Of a stretch of 64,000 nt of DNA, positions 9,631 through 18,651 are shown in pieces (position 1 is the first letter of the stretch; every line of letters begins with the position of its first letter). The stretch covers positions 1 to 64,000 of the forward strand of contig CALBRH010000001.1 in the NCBI GenBank assembly GCA_937899865.1, read 5' to 3'. The stretch is from an uncultured euryarchaeote. GTDB lineage: Archaea > Thermoplasmatota > Poseidoniia > Poseidoniales > Poseidoniaceae. Made by a program: the position numbers and the translations under genes. The notes below the pieces were generated by a model that was not told the DNA's origin, searched no databases, and saw only the letters and a program-made list of their open reading frames with translations.

Positions 9631-10703
9631 TCAGCTTCATCCTGTAGATTGATCAATTCAGCAGCTCTTACTACATCGCCTTCTTCCCACCAATCTACTG
9701 CAATAAATGTTGGACGCTTACCATGTTCATTCCAGCATTCATTGGCTCGCTCGACAAGGAAATCAACATCATTAGCCTCTTCAGCCTGTGTTGGGTCGGC
9801 GAGTCCTACTTGGTTACTTAGCCAATTATTCATGTGATAAACAACTTGATTTTCATCACCTCGAAGAACATCACAGTTCATTTCAGAGGTACTTTTTTCA
9901 CCATAATTAGTGGTCCAACTATGGCTAAGGAAATCATGAATCCAGGGGTGCCTTTCATCGCCACCTTGTTCCCAGAATACAACTAGATTTGTTGCATTAT
10001 CAATCATATTTTGTAAAGTAGGCCACGGTTGATTTATCTCGTGAATAAACACTTTATCCATTAACCCAGAATCAATGAATACTTGTTCAAGATGCTCTGG
10101 AGTGACATAGTTTTCAACCAATATTGTGACCACATCTTGAGGATTATCTTCCATCTCATCATTAAGTTCAGACAACCAATCAACAGCACTTACATTGCCG
10201 TAAACACATGGACTAAAACCTCTATCATCACTACCATGGCACAATTTAACGCCGGATAATTTCTTATCGTTCAAATTATCATAATGTGTATCAATCATGA
10301 ATGCACGAATGCCAGCCTGCCACTGAGCATCAAATCCAGTTCTATGATTACTTGCAGGATAGTATATGCCATCATCTTCGGTAGCAAATGCATTATGGGT
10401 TTCAGGGAATGTCACATTATCGTAAGTTCGCAAACATAGAATTATCATTCCATTACAAGGCTCAGTCGGCTCAGGTTCCGGCTCAGGTTCTGGTTCGGGC
10501 TCAGGTTCGGGCTCAGGTTCCGGTTCGGGTTCAGGCTCCGGCTCTGGTTCAGGTTCCGGCTCAGGTTCTGGCTCCGGCTCAGGTTCTGTCGGTTCATCAT
10601 CCGAGTTTTCATCTTGCCCTTTACCAAGTGGGTCAAGCGGGTCTATACAACCGGAAAAAAGTAGCAGGGCTGAAAAAATGATTGATATCATCACCCTGCT
10701 CAT
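9627..10703 (-). CDS. Lipoprotein with (Glu-Pro)n linker and PI-PLC X-like phosphodiesterase domain
   Basis: Lipobox-like LLLFSGC, then the EP repeat, then [29 protein letters not shown] (PLC-like TIM barrel). Confidence 0.82.
10459..10594 (-). repeat. Coding (Glu-Pro) dipeptide repeat, about 20 units
   Basis: GGYTC(A/C/G/T) hexamer-type repeats on the plus strand with varied synonymous codons; translates to EPEPEP. Confidence 0.95.
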
Positions 10704-10753
10704 GGCAATCCCTGTAGGTCTACATCAATCAAATACTCGGTCAAAATTGAGGT

Positions 10754-11200
10754 TTAGATGCTTCTAACCTTAAGACCAGCCTCTTTCATCATCTCATTAG
10801 AGGTAGTAAAGTCATCTTTCCAGCGTTCAGGAATTTCTCCAGCATTAGGATATACAACCTCTTTAATTCCAGCTTGGATTAATGATCTTGCACATCTAGA
10901 ACAAGGTGGCCAAGTTACGTATGCAGTGCTATTTTTGAGTGAAACACCGATTCTTGCAGCATGCATAATGGCATTTTCTTCAGCATGACAAATCAAAGGA
11001 TATTTCTTTTCACGATCCATCAATCTATCTTCGTCATCATCAATTCCTCTTGGAAATCCATTAAATCCTGTAGAACGTATTTCTCGGTCTTCACCAACCA
11101 CTACGCAACCAACTTTAGTAGATGGGTCCTTGCTCCATAGCGAGATATGTTTGGCAAGTTCAATGAATCTCATATCCCACTTTTCACTCATCGCAACCAT
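10754..11200 (-). CDS. dCMP deaminase
   Basis: SKDPSTKVGC, GFNG, HAEENAI and PPCSRC zinc motifs. Confidence 0.93.
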   Translation of the reverse strand: MVAMSEKWDMRFIELAKHISLWSKDPSTKVGCVVVGEDREIRSTGFNGFPRGIDDDEDRLMDREKKYPLICHAEENAIMHAARIGVSLKNSTAYVTWPPCSRCARSLIQAGIKEVVYPNAGEIPERWKDDFTTSNEMMKEAGLKVRSI

Positions 11201-11223
11201 CTATGCCTACATGCCTCTGAACT

Positions 11224-12579
11224 TCATTGCTTCGGCAATAAGTGAAGGTCGTCATCTGAGTTTTTCCCGAGATGATTTAGGATATTACCTTGCAAGTATA
11301 ACGAACCAATCGATAAGATAGTTCCAACATCTGCAGGCTTTCTTGCTAAGATATTATCTATGACAATTGTGACCTCATCGACAATTTGAATTGAGCAGTC
11401 AATCCAGTCAAATGTTGCCAAATCCTTTGGTTCAATACCAGGGTATCTGCCACCCTGTGGCTTAGTTAAGTAAATTTCAACATCAGAGAAATTGCGACAA
11501 AAGTCGTTAATCAGTGACAGCATTTTTTCTAATTCTTGCTGTGGTGAAGTCCCGAAAACCAAAGTCAACTTGTCTTGAATATTTTTACTCTTGACCATTT
11601 CAATCAATTCATTACTGACTCGAATTAAGCCAGAAGGATTGTGAGCGGCATCGAGAATTATTCGATGACCAGAAGGTAGGTCAAGTTCTTGTAGACGAGC
11701 AGGCCAATTAACGACATTTTTCGCTTCTGGCAATTTGGCTGGATCTATTTTTAGAATAGCAAATGCTTCTCTTGCCAACAATTCCGCTTCTTGTAGAATA
11801 GTATAATTATCATCGATTTGGATAAACTTACAATCAACAATTTCTGGTTTTTCATCAAGTTCTATATTGGCGCAGTTAGCTGCACAATCAATAACAGTAT
11901 TTTGGAAGTTTGGAATCCGCATTTCTCTTGCAATCAATGGCTTACCAGGCCTTGCAATCGCAGCCTTTTCTCTAATTATTTGATATATGTCATTGCCAAG
12001 TACATCTGTATGTTCTTTGGTAATTGTAGTTAGAATTGCTAAGTCTGCAGGGGCGCATCTAGTAGCATCTAATCTTCCTCCTAAGCCAGTTTCAAGAATT
12101 AAAAATCTTGGTTTAACTATTGATGTAATTACCATAGCTGCCAAAAAAGTAGTTTCAAAAAAAGTTAGATTTATTGATTTTTTTTCAGAAGATATTCTCA
12201 CTACTTCGATGGCTTGGTCAAATTCTTCCTTACTAGTTGGTTTACCGTTTATTCGGATTCGTTCTTCAACACGACACAAATGTGGCGAGGAAAATAACAC
12301 ATTTGAGTCATTATTCAATGACATACAGGCTGCCATTAGAGAGCATAGCGTGCCTTTACCATTACTTCCTGCAACATGAATTATCTGTGTGTTACTTAGA
12401 TCGATGTTTAATGAAGATAGAATAGAAAAGGTATTTTCAAGTCCGAGCGCCATACCATTGATTTTGGTTGATTCTAACCATTGTCGAATTGCAGAATGAC
12501 TTGACACGTTTACTCCACCAATTGATATGGCATAATCCTTGGTGAGATTAAACATCTTCGCGTAATAAAAGCGATTCAC
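11224..12579 (-). CDS. folC: Folylpolyglutamate synthase/dihydrofolate synthase
   Basis: IHVAGSNGKGT, SSPHL..ERIRING, TFFE, LETGLGGRLDAT, LDAAHNPSG, GSLYL. Confidence 0.92.
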   Translation of the reverse strand: MNRFYYAKMFNLTKDYAISIGGVNVSSHSAIRQWLESTKINGMALGLENTFSILSSLNIDLSNTQIIHVAGSNGKGTLCSLMAACMSLNNDSNVLFSSPHLCRVEERIRINGKPTSKEEFDQAIEVVRISSEKKSINLTFFETTFLAAMVITSIVKPRFLILETGLGGRLDATRCAPADLAILTTITKEHTDVLGNDIYQIIREKAAIARPGKPLIAREMRIPNFQNTVIDCAANCANIELDEKPEIVDCKFIQIDDNYTILQEAELLAREAFAILKIDPAKLPEAKNVVNWPARLQELDLPSGHRIILDAAHNPSGLIRVSNELIEMVKSKNIQDKLTLVFGTSPQQELEKMLSLINDFCRNFSDVEIYLTKPQGGRYPGIEPKDLATFDWIDCSIQIVDEVTIVIDNILARKPADVGTILSIGSLYLQGNILNHLGKNSDDDLHLLPKQ

Positions 12580-12607
12580 TCAAAAGATAGAGCACACACG
12601 CCAAAAC

Positions 12608-14779
12608 ATGAGCGAAGCAGACAATCCAGCCACAGGGCAAAGTACTGCTTCTGCTGAATTCGCAAAAGTAGAACAACAGTTAGCCCAGGAAACCAGTGTC
12701 ATAGGTTTGATGAAAGAACAGATGACTTCTATGCTTGGAATGGTGACTATGTTCATTGTAACAATAGTCTTGGCTTTGTTTATCCGGCCTTGGTATGATG
12801 TTGCTGAATTACATGCATTTGGAGAAGCCGGCGCTACCCAAGCAAGATTTATTTTCTTAGAATTAGTAATGATTTTCATTTTTACTGCAGTAGTAATTGC
12901 TCTTGCTAGATACAAAAAAGAATGGATAATAAAGTATGGAATTATGGGAGTCCTAACGATTGCTCTAATGTATACAACCGTACCACTAATGCATATGTTG
13001 GTTATTGATTTTGATGTTGAAGACTTTGAATATGAAGAATCGTTTTCATATACTGGAGAATATGTTACCGACATTGGAATGGACGGCTTCATAACCCATG
13101 AATTACTTGGCAACTTTACAAATTGGCAAGACTCGATTTCCTTTTTTAATGCACAATCAATAACTTCTGGAGAGCCTGAATGGGTTTCAAACTTTAGCAG
13201 ATTACCAGCTGGTGATTTTGAAAAACTACGTATTGTTAAATCAGATTCCCATCTAACTTTAGCAAATACAGCATGGATATGGACAATTGATTCTCAAACT
13301 GGAAATATTACTAATTATCATCCTTGTAATTATCTTGACCAATCAGGTAATCTACAATTGGGTACAACTTATGGTGATAGTTGTGATATGGCTTTGGCTG
13401 TAGATGAAGGAATTTATGTATTTTCAGGAAGTGGTACAGTAACGTATTATCCTTTAAGTTCTGGAGGAAATATGCTAGCGCCTCAAGCTCAGTGGGTTTT
13501 ACCAAGTGATATTAATTTTGGAGATGGTTTCATTGAAGCAACCCAAATTTCTGAAGACAGATTTTTGTTAGTTACTGATAAAAATACAGTTGTGATGATG
13601 CTAAAAACGACTAAGGAATCATTAGATATTGAAGTAATGCCATTTGAATTTGAATATTATAGCGAGGAAGTAATTACCTCGGCAGACTTCGGTCACTCAC
13701 CATGGTCTGATACTAACATTTCAAACAATGAAGGAAATATGGGATTCCTGATTGTTGGTGAAGCAAATGGAAATGTCACAGGTTGGGAGTGGAATGGTAC
13801 TAAATCTGATACCAAACAGTTCACAAATCAAGAAAAGATGAATGTCAAAGGCTTGGTTGATTCTGTCAAGCAAGTTCAGATCACCGATTTGGACAATTCT
13901 GGTTATACTGATTTACTAATCTCAAGTGATGAAGAATCATATTGGCTTCATACACAGTTATTGAAAAATCGAATATCATTTGATATTGATAATGATTTTT
14001 TGTATGGGGTATTTTCATCTAATGAATCAAATGATTACTTCTATGCAGTTCTAACTGATTCGATAGCAGGGGGAGAAATCGATGATGACATGTATACTCT
14101 CGATGGTTTACAACTGTACGATATTCCATTCTTAGTAGGCGTAGTAATTGCATTATTATTGATGGTTTTACTTTATCTCCATAGTGAATGGTATGTTGTT
14201 AATACAGTAGGAATTTTAGTTGGTGCAGGCGTAATAGTGATGCTTGGTGTTGCATTTGTTCCTGGCTTAATCATGATTTTCATGATTTTAGCCGCTGTTT
14301 ACGATGCTTGGGCAGTTTATCGCTCAAAACATATGTTGGAGTTAGCAGATACGATGATTGGCCTTCAGTTGCCAATTCTACTTGTTGCTCCACAAGACAA
14401 GGGCTACTCATTCAAGGATGAGAAAACGAAGATGGTCGACAAAACACATGTTCCTCAAACCGCATCGCCAGTAACCGAGCCTAAAGTCACTAAGAAGAAA
14501 AGTAAGGAAGCATTATTCATGGGCTTAGGAGACATCATATTTCCAGGGATGTTAGTTCTATCTGCAGTTCAATGGTTGGATAGTGACAATTCATTTGCGA
14601 TTGCTATGTTTACTTTAGTGGGTTCACTAATTGGATATTTAGCATTGATGAGTTATGTTGCTAGAGGAAAAGCGCAAGCAGGTTTACCATTGTTGAATGG
14701 TGGAGCGATTTTGGGATATTTGATTGGAGGATTAATTTTCATGGGAACTGAAATATTTAATCTTGGAATTTCGTTGTAG
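12608..14779 (+). CDS. Presenilin/PSH-family intramembrane aspartyl protease with a large inserted soluble domain
   Basis: AVYDAWAVY (TM6 Asp), MGLGDIIFPG (GxGD), QAGLPLLNGG (PAL-equivalent). A ~375-aa hydrophilic insert lies between TM3 and TM4. Confidence 0.9.
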   Translation: MSEADNPATGQSTASAEFAKVEQQLAQETSVIGLMKEQMTSMLGMVTMFIVTIVLALFIRPWYDVAELHAFGEAGATQARFIFLELVMIFIFTAVVIALARYKKEWIIKYGIMGVLTIALMYTTVPLMHMLVIDFDVEDFEYEESFSYTGEYVTDIGMDGFITHELLGNFTNWQDSISFFNAQSITSGEPEWVSNFSRLPAGDFEKLRIVKSDSHLTLANTAWIWTIDSQTGNITNYHPCNYLDQSGNLQLGTTYGDSCDMALAVDEGIYVFSGSGTVTYYPLSSGGNMLAPQAQWVLPSDINFGDGFIEATQISEDRFLLVTDKNTVVMMLKTTKESLDIEVMPFEFEYYSEEVITSADFGHSPWSDTNISNNEGNMGFLIVGEANGNVTGWEWNGTKSDTKQFTNQEKMNVKGLVDSVKQVQITDLDNSGYTDLLISSDEESYWLHTQLLKNRISFDIDNDFLYGVFSSNESNDYFYAVLTDSIAGGEIDDDMYTLDGLQLYDIPFLVGVVIALLLMVLLYLHSEWYVVNTVGILVGAGVIVMLGVAFVPGLIMIFMILAAVYDAWAVYRSKHMLELADTMIGLQLPILLVAPQDKGYSFKDEKTKMVDKTHVPQTASPVTEPKVTKKKSKEALFMGLGDIIFPGMLVLSAVQWLDSDNSFAIAMFTLVGSLIGYLALMSYVARGKAQAGLPLLNGGAILGYLIGGLIFMGTEIFNLGISL

Positions 14780-14787
14780 GTGATTAA

Positions 14788-16080
14788 GTGTTAGATATTC
14801 ATATGTTTAGAGATAATCACGAACAGATTCGTGCTGACCATGATAAGCGTGGTCTTTCTCATGAAAAAATAGATCAAGTGATACATTTTGATAAATTGTG
14901 GCTCAATTTACAACATCAAACCAATCAATTAAGACAGCAAAAAAATACTGCTGCAAAGGGAATTAGTGAAGCAAAAAAGTCTGGAGATGAAGCAAAAGCA
15001 CAAGCAATTTTGGCAGAAGTAGCTTCTTTGGGAGCAGAAATTTCACAGTTGGAAGCAAAAACTCAGGAAGCCATAGAACAACGTGACAGTATACGTATGT
15101 CAATTCCCAATATACTTCATCCTGAGGTTCCTCAAGGTGCAGACGAGTCTGGAAACACTGTACACAGCACCTATGGTAAAAAACCGGAATTCAATTTTGA
15201 GCCAAGAACTCATAATGAGTTGATTGAGATGAATAAATGGGTTGACTTGAAACGAGCAGCCAAGATTGCAGGTAGTAGATTTTTCTTTCTCAAAGGAGAC
15301 TTAGCGAGATTAGAATTAGCATTACAAAATTATGCTGTAGATTTTATTCGCAAAAGAGGATACACCTTTGTTCAACCACCAGTCATGATGAATCGTAAAG
15401 CATACGAAGGCGTAACAGATCTAGGTGATTTTGAAACCGTGATGTATGGAATTGAGCCGGATAAGTATTACATGATTGCTACATCTGAACATCCGCTTAC
15501 CTCGATGTACATGGATGAAACAATTCCAGAAGAGCAATTGCCATTGAAAATAGTGGGGGTATCACCTTGTTTCAGAAGAGAAGTCGGCTCTCACGGTCAA
15601 TCAGATTTAGGAATTTGGCGTGTTCATCAATTTACAAAGATTGAACAAATTGTTTTTGCCAAGCCAGAGGAATCTTGGGCTATCCATGAAGAGTTATTGC
15701 AAAATTGTGTTGACCTATGGAATGAACTTGGTCTTCATTATGAAGTTGTTAACATTTGTACTGGGGATATGGGCACGGTAGCAGCACGGAAGTATGACTT
15801 GGAGGCTTGGCTTCCTGGTGCAGGTCAATATAAGGAAATAGTATCATGCTCTAATTGTACAGATTATCAAGCGAATAGATTGCAGGTAAAATATGGACAG
15901 CCAGGCCATGCAAATCAACCGATTGTTCACACACTTAATTCGACAGCAGTAGCAACATCGAGAGCCTTAGTGGCAATTATTGAACAGAATCAGTTAGTAG
16001 ATGGTAGAGTTTCAATTCCAGATGTATTAGTTCCATTTATGGACGGACAAACCACATTAGAACCCTGTTCTTGGGGTTAA
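14788..16080 (+). CDS. serS: Seryl-tRNA synthetase
   Basis: N-terminal coiled coil, ATSEHP, FRREVGS, HQFTKIEQ, EIVSCSNCTDYQA, HTLNST. Confidence 0.97.
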   Translation: MLDIHMFRDNHEQIRADHDKRGLSHEKIDQVIHFDKLWLNLQHQTNQLRQQKNTAAKGISEAKKSGDEAKAQAILAEVASLGAEISQLEAKTQEAIEQRDSIRMSIPNILHPEVPQGADESGNTVHSTYGKKPEFNFEPRTHNELIEMNKWVDLKRAAKIAGSRFFFLKGDLARLELALQNYAVDFIRKRGYTFVQPPVMMNRKAYEGVTDLGDFETVMYGIEPDKYYMIATSEHPLTSMYMDETIPEEQLPLKIVGVSPCFRREVGSHGQSDLGIWRVHQFTKIEQIVFAKPEESWAIHEELLQNCVDLWNELGLHYEVVNICTGDMGTVAARKYDLEAWLPGAGQYKEIVSCSNCTDYQANRLQVKYGQPGHANQPIVHTLNSTAVATSRALVAIIEQNQLVDGRVSIPDVLVPFMDGQTTLEPCSWG

Positions 16081-18651
16081 TCAATCCAGTAATCCGGCTT
16101 TTTCGATTGTTGTAATATCAATGTCACCAGGTAGTCCAAGGTCTACAGGCATGCCTCCAATAGTAACCACTACTCCGGTAATATGAGTAAAGAGACAAGG
16201 AGGGAAATCGCTTTCACTAATTTTGTTTGAAAGTAATTTCCAACCATTTGACAATTTATTTTTTGCTTGCTCAAACATTTGTTCATCTCCAAAGCTAATC
16301 CATCCATTGGCTTTCCAAGCGTGTTTTTGTAATTCTTTGGTGACCAAAGCAGGAGCTGGTGCGACAGTGTGGCGATAAGGCCAAGCATTCACCCAATCAA
16401 GTCCAGAGTCTCGCAACCACTCAATACCAGTCGGTTCGCTGCTTGCAGATATTGTTTGTCCGATTGACTCGAGGTGTCTAAGGAGGCTACGTAAATGCGG
16501 GTGTCTTGATTGTGTTTTGGCTAAATTTTCTGCAATATTAGTTGCGGTTAGGATTCTTCCTTCATCAAGATGTAATAATGCACACACAACATTACCATGA
16601 ATCCAATTTTCTAAGGAATTTTTCTTAATGTACCGTTCAAGAATGTTTAGCGCTTGTTCAAACTTACCGCATAATCTCATTCTTGCTATGTCACCAAGTA
16701 GAATCAATCGGTCTTCAGGCTCATTTCGATAAGCCATTTCAGTAGTAGCAATCCCGTCTCTGTAGCGTTTGATTAAGTCAACATTTCTTTTAGAAAGCGG
16801 ATCAACCGAAAGTAATGACTTCAATTTCTCATCTAGTTTCCTCTTTTTTGGCTGCATTATTGATGCAAACCACTGAAGCCTTGCCGCTTCAATGTCATCG
16901 TCTGGTAACATTGCAAGTCTCGGTTTAGCTTCGGCAAAATCTCGTTGACTCAAACTCGCAGCAACTAAAATTAATCTAGCAATTTGTGCTTCTCTGCCAC
17001 CTCTTAATGCCAATATCGATACTGCATTATTTTCGGCATCATCCCATCGCCCCATCGCAGCATATATTTCCATCATAGCATCAGTTTTTCTAACCAAATC
17101 TAGACCTTCTAATTGTTCTCCATGCCCTTCAATTACCGTATCAATACGGGCCAACGCTTTATCCCAAGAATCCTCAGTAACCAATTTTCTAATGGCCTTT
17201 TGTTTTAGGTAAATGACGTCTTCTAATTGTGCCATTCTTGCCCTATTCTCGCCCATAGAAGCATCAAATGAGATGTCTTCTAAGCGTGAACCTATTTTTC
17301 TAGATCGTGCCCAAATCACAACAAATGCAACTTGACCTCCAGAAGAAAGCATCCATGTTAATTCTTCTAGAGCGTCTTTTTGAATAACTGTACATAGGTT
17401 GTTTTCCCATGATCCACATGCTGCACCTTGAGGTAGGAAACTAGAGTCCCAGAAGGTAATCATAGCTAATGCTAATAGTAGCATAGATTGACCAGCAAAG
17501 CCAGTAAAGCAGAAGTTCAATACTTTGGCTTGCTGACTTCTTTCAGCTCTAAGTAAGCGACTATCAGCTAGTTTAATGCCACCTTTGCCAGAGACATCCT
17601 GAACATCTAAGAATAAAATTCTAGCAACTTCATAGACAAATAAGAATCCGATTAATGCAACGTTCAAAAGTAAGAATAACAATACCATATTTACAAGGGG
17701 CACTCTTATTCCTTCAGCAGGGATAAAGGCAAACAACTCAATCAATGCAAACCCTAGAATCCCCCCTTCTTCCATTATCGAAGACTGAACTCGATATTCA
17801 GGTAAATCAAGAACTCTATCAGAATGAGTAAACATTTCAGGATTTATTGATAGTGCTAAGATTGAAACTATTGTATTAAACGCGATAAAAGGCATTACTG
17901 AAAGGTTTAGATTAACAATCTGAGCAATTGCTTGCTGTTTCGGACTTGGTTTATGATTATGAAATGGTGATGCTTCACCGCTAGCAATTTTCATTGAGGA
18001 TTGCTTTAGCGCTTGCCAAGATGAACCAAGAACCCTGCCGTAAGCAAGTACTGCTGGAGAAAACGCGACAAATGCACAGATACTGAATACCCTGAAAGAA
18101 GGGATGTTCATTGAAGTAAGAATTACTGCAACGATTCCAACAAAAATCATCCAACTAAGTGTTAATACAACATATGAATAATTTTGCCATACATTTGAAT
18201 TTTGTAGCGTGGCTTTTCCTGCCCCTACTGGTTTAATGACCTGTGCACCAAGGGAAGAGCCACTCGAAATAATAGCTGGAATTGAGATAAAAAGTAATGC
18301 TATGATAATTGATGGTGCATGAAATCCTTCGGAGAAATTGTACTTAGTCATCAAAAACTCGAAAACAAGAATCAAAACTCCTGTTAAAGCAAAAAGATAA
18401 CTTGTAACACCAAATCTCATACCTTTGGTTTGTAATAGATTTCTTGCATCTTCTACAGATCTAGTGACATTATGTACCTCATAACGTTTTTCTCCAGTTT
18501 GAAATGCCACTTGTAAACCTCTTAATTGACGTGGAACTACACTATTCCAAAACAAGTAAGCGGTGATTGCGGCAAAGAAAAAAGGAATTATGGCCACCAA
18601 CCCAAAACCATCAATGATTGGTGGTGCTGAAATATCAAAACCTCCTTTCAA
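16081..18651 (-). CDS. Large hypothetical polytopic membrane protein with TPR-like helical C-terminal region
   Basis: About 9 hydrophobic segments in the N-terminal half, then helical repeats (YAAMGRWDDAE...). The start overlaps the thrS stop by 4 nt. Confidence 0.7.
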   Translation of the reverse strand: MKGGFDISAPPIIDGFGLVAIIPFFFAAITAYLFWNSVVPRQLRGLQVAFQTGEKRYEVHNVTRSVEDARNLLQTKGMRFGVTSYLFALTGVLILVFEFLMTKYNFSEGFHAPSIIIALLFISIPAIISSGSSLGAQVIKPVGAGKATLQNSNVWQNYSYVVLTLSWMIFVGIVAVILTSMNIPSFRVFSICAFVAFSPAVLAYGRVLGSSWQALKQSSMKIASGEASPFHNHKPSPKQQAIAQIVNLNLSVMPFIAFNTIVSILALSINPEMFTHSDRVLDLPEYRVQSSIMEEGGILGFALIELFAFIPAEGIRVPLVNMVLLFLLLNVALIGFLFVYEVARILFLDVQDVSGKGGIKLADSRLLRAERSQQAKVLNFCFTGFAGQSMLLLALAMITFWDSSFLPQGAACGSWENNLCTVIQKDALEELTWMLSSGGQVAFVVIWARSRKIGSRLEDISFDASMGENRARMAQLEDVIYLKQKAIRKLVTEDSWDKALARIDTVIEGHGEQLEGLDLVRKTDAMMEIYAAMGRWDDAENNAVSILALRGGREAQIARLILVAASLSQRDFAEAKPRLAMLPDDDIEAARLQWFASIMQPKKRKLDEKLKSLLSVDPLSKRNVDLIKRYRDGIATTEMAYRNEPEDRLILLGDIARMRLCGKFEQALNILERYIKKNSLENWIHGNVVCALLHLDEGRILTATNIAENLAKTQSRHPHLRSLLRHLESIGQTISASSEPTGIEWLRDSGLDWVNAWPYRHTVAPAPALVTKELQKHAWKANGWISFGDEQMFEQAKNKLSNGWKLLSNKISESDFPPCLFTHITGVVVTIGGMPVDLGLPGDIDITTIEKAGLLD

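Noticed and set aside
10459-10594. CRISPR array or satellite
   Set aside because: These are hexamer-scale repeats without spacers, fully explained by the in-frame EP linker. No CRISPR array or cas gene was seen anywhere in the window.
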